Shown here: in pieces, positions 23,395 through 35,155 of the stretch
Layout of the letters: every line of letters begins with the position of its first letter
Numbering within the stretch: position 1 is the first letter of the stretch
Source: Lingula anatina
Taxonomy: Eukaryota > Animalia > Brachiopoda
Assembly (NCBI GenBank): GCA_051362555.1
Contig: CM120640.1
Location: 37,529,967 to 37,593,966 of the forward strand
Direction of reading: 5' to 3'
DNA: 64,000 bases
Notes under the pieces: model-generated
Told to the model about the DNA's origin: nothing
The model's input: only the letters and a program-made list of their open reading frames with translations
Databases searched by the model: none
Program-made: the position numbers and the translations under genes

Positions 23395-24335
23395 CAAGTT
23401 TCTGGTTGTTGTCTTGGGAATATTTGTGCTTGGCGTTGTGATAACGTGCGTGGTTGTTGAGGTAGCAATTTCGCTTGTAGTTGTGGTAATAATACTGCTC
23501 GTTGTTGTAACGTTGTTGCTGGACGTTGATGTTGTGTTTTCACTGGATGAAGTAGTGTCAGTTGGTGCCATGGTAGTGACGGTTTTTGTTGAAACTGTTG
23601 TTAAATTTCCCGGCGACACCGTAGTAACGATTGGTCCATTACAGTCCATATAAAGTAACTTATTTGCCGTTCCTTCTTTGTCCCTGATGTCAATTATACC
23701 TTTAGTCGCATAAAAAAGTAACCACTGTTTTATCTCGGAAGGATGCATTTCTTGGGTCAGATTCGTCAGATAGCGCGCGATTACACCACTTACGAAAGCC
23801 GCACTGTTCGATGTCCCGTTTTTTAGATCGGGACCATTGAGACCGATGCCCCAGATGTTCTCTCCAGGTGCAAGAATATCGACGGCGCTGCCATAATTTG
23901 ATCCGACGTAATGAGACATGTACCACAGCCTGTCTTTTCTGTCCGTTGCCCCTACTCTTATGGTGTTATTCCTTGACGGAGAGTGATGACTTGCGTCGGC
24001 AAACTCGTTCCCGGCGGCAACTACCACAGGAATATTTAGGTCCACTACGGCCTTAACAGCGCTTTCCAGCGCTGGGGAGTGTTTTGCAAGAGTCGCGCCA
24101 AGATTGATGACAGATTTGATAGTCGAGTTGGTGCCAGCAGAGCGGTTTTTGTGGTGTTCTGATACCCACGCCAGCCCAGCTAAGACGTCGTCGTTTTTCA
24201 CAAAGCGAAAGTGGTCATTAGCGTCCCCTACTTTGACGGCTACTAATGTGGCAGATTTGGCGACTCCGAATGTTTTGGACCCAATGATGCTGGCAGAACG
24301 GGTACCATGGCCATTAAGGTCTTTTTCTCTGTTAA

Positions 24336-26471
24336 GGCCGGTGATAGGGTTAACTACGCTTAAAATCATGTTTTTGAGTTTTTTGTGTGTTTATATTAAT
24401 CAAAAAAGTATCTAACGTTGGATGTAATAATTTTTATGAATTTGCATTGTAAAATGTGTCTTTTGATGAGTTTTTCAACCGGCACGTGCCCCAGTCAGGC
24501 TGACAACTAAGCCACGCCTCTGTTACTAAGGGCCGTTGCCATGAGGGGGTCGGAGCACAGTTAATGAGTTATAAGCCGATTACATGTGCGGTAATAGGTC
24601 AAAAGTCTTACATCAGCTTAGCAGCGAAGAAGTCTAGCTAGTACACTATGGGGAAGAGAAAAGTTCGTGTTAAAAGTCCATTTCCAGAGGAAAGAAAGAA
24701 AATTTTGAAAGAGAGTAGGGCCTATGCGTGGCGGTTGGGGAAACCCGGCCCTATTTGTTCAGTCGGATGACTGATTTCTGTATACCTAATAAATGGGTGA
24801 AAGAGTTAATCGAATCGTTTTAAATTAATTGACAAATGAAAGAAAAATCGATAAATAAATAAATAAAAAGGCTAAAAAGGATACTTTTAGCCTAGCTCTT
24901 AATTTTTGCGATATATATCGGCGAGCGTATCTGCGACACGTTACGAAACCGGAACGATTGTTGGTCGCCGTTTGCAAAAGGTAAATCTAATGTTGACAGA
25001 ATAAAATTTTATTCTCCAAGATATGATATCATGGAGCTTGAGAGACACGCGAAAAATTGTGATGTGAATGGCCAAACGAGAGAAATCCAAGCAAGGGTTG
25101 ACAGCATGATTAAAACAATAAAAATAAAAACGCATGTTAGCGGCTTTGCATTTTGCGATGTTTGGAGAAAAACAATTTCAAAATCACTGATCAAGCGTGA
25201 AGAAAGAGTTCAAAATGTATCCAAAAATGAAAATCACAGAAAGACACCGAGAATAGTCAAGACTAGCAGGTAAAACGCAAATAGGGTCCAAGTGTCATGT
25301 GTGTAAAAATAAAATATTTATTCAAAAGCCTTCTCTCAGCCACTTTTACCGCTGAATCTTGTGCAGCTGAGCGTCTCCCCTTTATCTTAGCTGGCATTTT
25401 GAGAGATACCGCTCTGAAGTAATCACTGGATTTTTCCGTTGATCTGACGATTACCAAGTGCCGTGCAAAATAATCCTGCAGCGTTACCCGTCAAAAAACT
25501 CGTATTAACACAAGTGACGGCCACTTGCTCTCGACAGACAGTTTTATCTGATCACTTTGCCGATAACAGAAAAGGAATCTCTCTGGTAAAATTACTCGAT
25601 TGCCGAGGAAGAACCATTGAAACGTTCAAATGCAACTTCACACCTCTTAATTGCGGTTAAACGTAATCGCCTTTGTTAGCGCTTCCTTCTACATATCCTT
25701 GACACCCTACTGGGCATCACTAGGCTAGGCCCTCTCCAGAGCTGTCAATCAAAATGGCGGCACGCTTACAGGCCTAACGAGTGGTCGGAAAATGTAACAA
25801 AAGCACGATTTTCTGCCCTTTCAAAGCACCCAAACAAAATATTTTTAGATGGCAATAAGCAATGGTTCTATCTGATCGTATAACCGATAACAGGTAAATT
25901 TGCCAGCTAAGCATTTGACTAATAATCCCTGTTAACCAACCTGTGAACGTTTTTGGCTGTTTTAACAGCTTTCTATTTTGACGAGATAAGTGAATCGCTG
26001 CCAAGTATATCTCACTATCTGAGCAACCGATCGTTACAAAAGTTGCACCTATTGTTGTTAGGAATGTGGACTACAGCATGATATCAGGGGTTTAAGAGGA
26101 AATTGTTTGTTTGAAAGTTATCGCCTTTTGAAGTGAATAACCCATTGAAATATGGGCTGATTTAACGTAAAAGATGATAAAATCAAAAGTAGATAGTTTA
26201 AGACAATTCCCTGGTACCCCGCTGTAGTGCTTTCACCCAGCTTTATGAGGCCTTTTGAATCACTTGAATAGCTGTCTTGGTTAAAGAGAAAATCCCAATA
26301 CCGAAAACGGCATTTTTCCCCTCAAATTGGCGCCAGAGCGTCATCCGTTGGACACTGTACTTAATCCCCGTCTTTAATTGGCCCTTTGGGAAGTTTGTTT
26401 TAATTTTTTATAAAAACTTATAAGCCCAGGGCTTTGTTTCTATGACTTTGGTCCTTTTACTATGAGTGGCC
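24336..26471. mobile_element. Non-autonomous DNA transposon (2136 bp), TTAA target, GGCC termini; Kolobok-like by inference
   Basis: Empty site in copy A is CTG-TTAA-GCG (TTAA at 18383-86). Filled site is TTAA(24332-35)-GGCC...GGCC-TTAA(26472-75). Short imperfect TIR GGCCggtgATAG / GGCCactcATAG. No long ORF. An alternative parse is a TA TSD with AGGCC termini. Confidence 0.88.
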
Positions 26472-29400
26472 TTAAGCGATTCGTAGGAAACGTCGGCTCC
26501 CCATACTGCTCTCCCACCAAACTCCGTGTTTGAGACATTAATGCCAGTATCGACGACGTAAACGTAAACGCCCTTGCCAGCGTCTGTTTCGTATTTATAG
26601 GTGACGTCGTTTGACCCCCTTTTGCGGATATTTATTCGGGATAGGCCCCACAAATCTCCGCTCTTCTTTTTTGTATTCTCAACCTCGCACAGAGTGCAAA
26701 GCACCATCCAGTTATTTGGCTCTACAAACTCGACTTCGGGCCGGTTGCGTAACTGCCACACTATGTTGCCGTCTGTGTTTTCGAAGGAAAAACCAACAAA
26801 ATTCTTCTCACCAATAAGATAAGTATGGCGAATTTTGTGATCCGCAGAATCATTGAGCACGAGAGCTTTCATTCTGTCCAAAACTTCCACAGGGTTGGTA
26901 AGATTCTTGGTGTTTAAAACGACGATTTGTTCTTGACTAATGCCCCTCCTAATTCGTCTGCCGCTGACCAACACCGCAGTATTCAAAGCAATTGCTACAG
27001 CAAACCACACCCAAATCCTCATTCTGATGATAAAAAAGTAAAGACTATCTTTGTAATCAAGAATAAGTCGAATTTTGGTAAACAATTATCAGTTTCATGC
27101 AAAAAAGCGCAAGTTATTTTGATATAGTGCCGTTATCAAGATTCGTAGTGGGAGACTGGGAAAGGGACGAGATACACACATACACAAACCCGTGCTAAGG
27201 GGAGGGGGCTCCCTGCATGTATTAACTTGGGATTCGTCTTTTTAAGTAACTGAGGAAATCCATACGGGGTAAATACTTAATTCCCAAACTAGCTTCGGAC
27301 ATGGTACCTTTCTAATGTACGGTAGGTTGGGAAAGGTACCACCTCATACTATTTAGTAATCTAAAGGTTTCATAAAGTTAAAGGACGGATACTTTCATAA
27401 AACAATTATTGAGCAAAACAATATCGAAAATTTCTCCCATGAATTGTTTAGTTCAAACCAAACTCAACTTTGTCCGAGGACTTGTTGATCAAAATACAGT
27501 AACAAACTTTCAAAAGAGCAAAATATATCTAACTACAAATAATTAAAGTTGCGCGCATCACATAATGGTAACGGGAATAAAACTCAAGTATATTAGAGAG
27601 AAAAGTAATATTTACCTGTATCGTCCTCCAAACAGTTACTGAAAACGCGATGCCCGTTTACTGACTGTGAATTGAAATCAAACTTGGAGTTCAATATTTC
27701 GGTTTATATTTATAGATATCCATCCTAATCAACTGATTCATGATGTAAGTATTGAACTATCATAACTGTCATACGGCCAGTCTCGCACCTAAACTCCTCA
27801 CGTGTTACTGTCAGACACCAGTGAATCACGCAGTTTAAATTCAGGTACCACATTGCACTGCGGTTCATAGATTCCAGCTTTCCCGCCCTCACATTTCCAG
27901 TGGCGTTAAAAATGGGGGAACGATCACGTACGCCTTGTATCTCTCCCTCTATTGAATTGGATAATGAATAAATGTAAAAAGAACTCCAATAAATAGAAAA
28001 TAAAATGCATGGTATAATTGGCGCAACAGGGAAACAAGGGTCGATACTGGGGCTTTTAAGTGTGACTTTATATATATATATATATATTTAAAAGGCGTTC
28101 TTTTATACTTTTGGACCCTTCTCAGATTTGGCAGGGTGCCATGTTACAAACACATATTTTAATTTGCGGAAAGCTTCAATAAGGTCTTCGAAATCAAATG
28201 ATCCAGCGCCATCCAGGGCCAGATAGGTTTAATAAACGCTGGGAATAACAAACAAAATTCAAAATACAAATAGAAGTATATTTAATATCAGAATAGATAC
28301 CTTGTGCACAGATATGTCACAAGAGCTTACAAGGTAACGCAGTGCTCTACAAAAGACATCACAACACTTTTACAAAAAACAATATTAAAAAGCATTAGGC
28401 ATCACTAATTAACAAGGAGAATTTCATGGTATATTGTATTCCCAGGAAGTAAAGAATATCATGTTAAATCACAGATGAATAATAATACTAATAAATATTG
28501 AAGAATATTAAGATGAATACATTTCAGATTGTCAGTAGTCTGCAAGGAAAACGAGTACAAAACTTCAAGAATAAGAATTCTCCCATATATAATGGTGATA
28601 GGCAATTGTAACTACATAAGTCGAAAAAAGTATTTAAAAAACTAGTTGCTTTTTCTGTGATAGCAATTCAGCTAAGCAGCTTCAGCCATGTTTGACAAAC
28701 TATAATTTGGTAATGGGACAAGAATATTTTTTTATGTTTTACACGTTCCCTTAAATAGATAAGTTCTGTTTAAGAAATATGAATAACACATAGAAAATAC
28801 ACAAATACTAATGTTTGTGCTTAATGTCATAAAAAATAGGATGCCATCATTTATTGTCATGAAATTATTCCAAACTAAATTAGCATGTTCACAGGCATAT
28901 GTGAGGGAGGGAGGGGGGGAGGAGAGAGAGAGAGGCAGCACCCTTTTTTCAAGTACAACTGTTTTTTCACCAGTATTCTCTCAAAAGGTACAAAAGTTGA
29001 ACTGTGAGGCCCAAAGAGCCATGTTTTATATAAACTATTTATTATTGGGGGAAAGAGAACCATGAAAATGACAGAGTGACACTTAAGGGGCCCTTCACAT
29101 TGTCCTGAGTATGCCTGTGGAATTATCTCCCCACATTTCTAATTATTTCTCACTGCTCTTATCTCCAATAAAGCAACAAATACACATTTTAACATTCAGC
29201 ATGTTGTGCAAAATTGTCATCAACCTCTCAAGTAATTTTCCTCTAAATTTTCTAAATGGAAAGAAAAATCCCAGTCAAATGGCACCTGAGAACTAAAATC
29301 CATCAATCAATAATCTCAGATGAAGAAATGACACAATTAACAAGAAAAAAATTACAAACTTATAAAAACATAGAAGGACATTCTACTATATATAATACAG

Positions 29401-31110
29401 ACATGTATTCATATCAAACAAACAAAACTCAATGCTTTTAAAGTGAAAACAGACATCCGCTAATGAAATCCCATAAAATCCAACACAACTTGGGCCAATG
29501 GCGTGGTATTCAAATGCCATACTAACAATAGAATGGAAAGACTTGTCACGAATTGCACCAGACTTACTTCACTGATAAGGCTTACACTACAAGAGAGGAC
29601 TACATTTTTCCCTTCCTTTCCCTTCATTTTTCAATCTCTCACCATGAAGTTGAATTGCCTTAGATCTTAAATACCCATGAATGAGTAACAATGCACCAAC
29701 TATCACAGTGAGCATGTTTTGACATAATATTCTATTAGGGTACTAAGCTTTAGCACAAAACACAACATGCTTTTGTAATTCCCCTACCTTTACCTGTGGC
29801 ACAGCCAAGCAGGCTGATATGCTGTAGATTTAATATTTCTCATCTAATATGTGTCAAAAATACACAACTCATAATATGAAGAAACAATAAATGCAATATA
29901 AATCAAGGTGATTAAACACGAGTCTAACAACTTCAATTCTTAACCATACCTCCTTTACTTGAAAGAGAAATATTATGTCTGACTCAGTTTTCTCAAATGA
30001 AAAATTCTCAATTGTTGTAAAACTGGTGAATAAATGAAAGGGCATTATTCCCCTTTTTACTGAAAAAAGAATCAATCTATTTAAACAATTTTTGGGAACG
30101 ACAGAGATGAAAAGTCAATCTAAAGGTTACACTATTGGTTTTGAAAAAATTAAAAATAAAAATGGCTAAAACTTCTATTCCACTGGATGAAATCCAGGTT
30201 CATACTTCCCTATAGTACCTATTAGACCAATCCAAAATAATTAAGTCTGTTGAATGTAGAACTTATTATGTAATTTCCGCAGACTGTATCGTACAGTTTT
30301 TGAGACAAAAAATTAAAGGTCAAATTTCTCCATCCAATACCTATATTAATTATGCTATTCTCTTCATATATTCAGGTTAAATTTATGTTATTCAAACTCA
30401 AGTGGTTAATATTTTACATGATTTTTTGATGTATGTCATTATACAGCCATAGATTGTTTTTCAAATCAAACAGCATGGACAAGAAGATCCACAAGTGATT
30501 GTACCAGGCAGATTAAAATGATAAATTTGAGCAATAAAATAAATAAATAAATAAATAAAAACTGGACACATAAATACATGCGCATCGTCTTCAAAAGTGA
30601 ATATGAACAATCCCTCAAATGCTCTAAATTTATATTTTCCACACCCCCATAAAGATCATTTGTATGCATGAGTTACATCAATATTATTATAGTAATTATT
30701 TACTACCCTCATAAAACCTTTATTCACTTATATGATAAGTACCCAAAGCATTTCACCATATAATGCATAATGCTGATTGAATGCATCCAGATTGCACATA
30801 ACTTGTCCAATAAAAACCTGTTTCACTTACAGATGTAAGGGGAAGTCAGTATGGATTCTGGTTCAGCTTATCAGATGGAAGGGAGAATTTGATTGAACAC
30901 TCAATCCTAAATAACCCAAGTAAAAAGACTTTCTTATCAACAATAAATCAAAAACAGCAAGCTCTGTCAAAGCTGGCTGCCTAGAACGATTCACGTCTCC
31001 TGATGGTGCAACTGTTTAAAACAGTAAGACACAAGCAATCTTATCAGCTAAAAGAGCTACATGTATCTCCCTACATGCTGCAAAACCTTCCATATCTTCT
31101 TCTTCGGCTT

Positions 31111-34100
31111 TCAAATTGGTGATGTTTTTAATGGGACAGTGGGGAGTCTGGATGAAGATGGTTCATACCCATACAAGAAAGTGGCAACGATCACCAATGT
31201 GGCTCCCACAAAGAAAAAACTAAAAAAAAAAGAATCAAAAACCTTTAAATATGTTTGTTACAATTAGCTACATGGAGCTGGGATCATTCTGACAAAACTG
31301 TAAAGTTAGCATAAAGTGTATGACAACATGGACGACTGACAGATGCCTGGGATATTTATGTTATGTGGCATTAAAAGAAGATGAAACACCATGGCATATG
31401 AGTTTACTTGAAGGTAATTTGTCAACTCTCATCAAAGTTTCTTTTATTGCTACATACTGTACATGTATCATCAGCAAAATGCTCTACCAGCACTATGCAT
31501 AAATTAATAAACTGAGAATCGTTTTAAGGAGAACAGAAACATACAGTAATGATTCAATCTTTTCAATGGGGAAAATTTTATATTTTACAAATACAGCTGT
31601 ATTTTTTAAAGTCATAAAGTAATAAAATTAGAACATTTCTATTGAGTGATGCCAACGAAACTGAAAAAGAGGCTACCCTAAATGCCACACAGGAATATAT
31701 TTTTAATGATTCTTAAATTACATATCTGAAAAATTGATTATTTTTCCCCATTGAAAAGATTGAATCATTACCATACTATGTAAGTGTCACTATTTCTGTT
31801 ATGTGTGCCTTATGCATAAAATAAAACTTTGTATTATACTCACTGTGTTGGAGTAAAATCTCCCAGAAAAGAAAACGATAAAAATGTTGATAAAATAATG
31901 GACAGAGATACGGCAAACCCTTTCACAATATTGTCTGCGTACTTTATCACCATGGCAATAATAAGACCTCCCACAGCCTGTAAGGAAATAACAACACCAT
32001 TAGCACTCCGTGGGGTTGCTCTAATCAAGGTATTTACAATAACTTATTTATTGCAATAATTACCCTTTTTTAAATCAGGTCTAAAAAAAGTGTAAAATGG
32101 CCTGGTGTTTTTCTGAGTATAACACAGGAAAGCTATTTTCACATATGACCAATGGCCACATTCACAAACAAAGTCTATCTGCTAACTAAAAGATCGGCAG
32201 ATCAACTAGTTGTCAATGTGGCGGCCTAAAGTGTTTTTCAGATCTGATGCTGGACAACTTCTTTGTTTTCAAATTCAAGTAAAAACTTGCCAATCCTTGC
32301 AGGTATTGACATTTTGTAAATGAAGAAACTGGCATGCAACAGAACTGACAGTTAGGGTAGAAACAGCTAGAGTAAAAGACAAAAGGATGAACAATACTAT
32401 TTGTGAATCACTGCACCACAGACATTACTGCTCAGTCAATAACTTTCCAATGGTTCAAAATATCAGTAATTTCCAAGCTTTTGACAATAAATAAAAACTG
32501 TTCATTTTTTTTTTTGCCATATTGTTTATTGTTAACCTTGCCATCAGTATCTCAAATTATGTAGACCCCCACCCCTCTCTCAACAACACACATACATACA
32601 ACCAGGTATAAATTGGGACACAGCTGTCAGCTATACATGTAGAAAGTAAACCAGCTCACCTGAAGTGCAACTGTGATCCACACAACCAGTGTATAACCTT
32701 GGAAAAACCCTGCTGTGATCACTGCAGTGTTGTCGTTCATGTACACACCTGCCAGTGCAATTACACTGCTAAACATGGCTGCAATTTAAGAATATTAAAA
32801 TAAAATAACACTTGCAACTTTTCTTCACATCTGTGAGATAATGGCCTGATACTGGACACGTAATAAGGCACATTTGTGAAAAATTTACTTTTTCAAAAGG
32901 AATGTTCATAAATAAACTTACACACCACAAGGCTAAATGTTTTACCATTTATTCATCTTATGATCAGTTCTTTGTTTCTTTAATTATTGTATTTCTTTAT
33001 TTATTATTAATTCCCCTGTTCACCATTAACCATAATTATAATGATCCATAATTTAACACTGTGCTTCAAACTATAACTTACAATAACATTATTAATTTTT
33101 AAAAAATTTAAAAAACTGCCTGTTAACATAGATCAAGAACACTGGCTGTCACATTTTTCCAGTCATGTCAAAGAATAATGGGCAATGAAACCAACACTGT
33201 TCTTAGCTAACCTGGTAACACTGGTTCATATAGGAATTTCTATGAAAAGATTATCGCTTACCTAATTGGACATTTCGCAGCCATATGCTTGGATTAGTAC
33301 CTTTCAGGATTTTTTCAAAGTAGACTCCAGCGAACCCACTGCTGAAGCAAGCACATATTACGGCTACTAACCCAATCACCTGAGAGGAAAAGTTGCGGCT
33401 TTTCTTCACATCTGTGGAATTACTGTCAGGAAGCTGGAGAATTAATTAGGTTCATGACAAGCATATAAATTAGCAGTATTTCAGAAGTTATTATCGTGTA
33501 TAGAAATTAAAGTGTCTGGTTAAAGATTATTGTTATGGTTATTTATTCTAAAGCTTCTTAAGGTCATATTTTCTTCTTTGTATTTGTTAATAGGCTAGTC
33601 ACTATAAGCCACTTATGTGCATCTAGATCAAGCTATTAAACGTATATAATATACAAAAGAGATACGTTTTCTTCTGCCAGTAAATTTGGTTCTGCAGCCA
33701 TAAAAATTACCAATAAATCAAAATAAACATTTTGAAATGAAACATACAGTAATAACTCAATATTTTCATTAGGAAAAATTGTGCATTTTGCAGATGTTGA
33801 GATAAAAACATAGCTTTATAAAATTAGAACATTCTGGGGTAGCAATTTTTTTCGCTTAGCCATATCACCACATTTTTGTCAATTTGTTATCAAAATGGTT
33901 ATAATTTGGCTAAAACATGTCAAATCAAGCCCTTTTTCTTTAGCCAATTTAAGTCAGTTTTAGCATTTGGCTAAATTGGCGAGTGTTAGCGCTACCCGAG
34001 ACATTCCTACTGAGTGGTGGCATCAAAATTGCAGGCTACCCTACAGTTCTATACAATAAACACATTGAAAATGTTACAAAGAAATATCATTTTAACATTT

Positions 34101-35119
34101 TTAAAATTATATATCTGAAAGTATGATTATTTTTGCCCAATTAAAAGAAAGAGTCATTGCCATGCTTTGTGATAACTGACAAAATGCTCTATCATTATAT
34201 CTAAGCATGATATTTGATGCTGAAAAAGAAGATAGTCAATAAAAAAAACAAACCATACCATGAACTGATGATCTCAAGGGTTGGTGGGGGGGGGGGGGGG
34301 ATTCCACAGCATAATTCAACTGGTGCATTGATTTATTAACTTAAATGAAACCCTTGAGGTGTGTTTCCAGTCAGGTTAGGTGGACCTGTCTCTGTACAAC
34401 CCATCTAAGAGAGCCATTATGATCATGATTGGCTCACTCTAATACACTGTTATTTCACCCCAACAGCAATGTAACTAAGGTAAGTCAACTGTCAACAGAT
34501 AAACACATGTCCTGTTAAAATATCATCTGTCAACCAAACTTGACTTGACATGACTGGTTAGAGTCTAGTTGTGAAAGGTAGCCCTAAGTTTGTCCAATGT
34601 GGATAGCCCGTCTGTATCACTTCCGATAAGCTTCCTGTGTCAATGTTGACAATCTACAATTACCAGTGTTGATGTTCTACCTGTACCACTGTTGATCTAC
34701 ATGTACCAGTGTTTATGATGTAGCTGTAATGGTGTTGATGATCTACCTGTACCAATTGAGATTACCCACTTGTACCAGTGTTGAACCTAACTAACCTACC
34801 TGTACCAAAGCCACACCAGCCATGAGAACAACCAGAGACAGCCATTTGGTAAGGTTCAGCTTTTTTCTTAGCAGTATCACAGAGAAGATGGCAGTGGTTA
34901 AGATCTTCAATTGGTAAGTTACCTACATTGAAAAGAATATCACAATGAAGTAGAACATATCAACCAATGAAGGTGACATTTTCAATTCCTGTGCCCAGAA
35001 CTACGGGAAAAAAAGGTACAGCCAATTAATTCTAATTTCAGCACCCATGTAAGGAGAGGTGAGTCTACAGTGTTCTTACAGTCTTAGTTATTGAATGTTG
35101 CACGTAGATATACTGCATG

Positions 35120-35155
<36 letters not shown>

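Larger units (their letters stand above)
22873..27022 (-). pseudogene. Subtilase copy B (669 aa if the insertion is removed), interrupted by a transposon; functional status uncertain
   Basis: N-half 27022-26472 (signal, I9, catalytic Asp) and C-half 24331-22873 (His, Asn, Ser, stalk, tail) are both free of stops and frameshifts. Together they give 2010 nt in frame. Confidence 0.8.
22126..30037 (+). repeat. Tandem segmental duplication, copy B (includes the 2.1-kb transposon)
   Basis: Colinear with 16481-22123 apart from the 24336-26471 insertion and the expanded mucin repeat. Confidence 0.95.

Noticed and set aside
22925-23653. Plus-strand Val/Leu/Gly-rich ORFs (also 17198-17710) and Cys/Trp-rich repeat ORFs (17110-17517, 23001-23441)
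   Set aside because: They are antisense or frame shadows of the Thr-rich 24-bp repeat; they start without ATG and have no independent gene signals.
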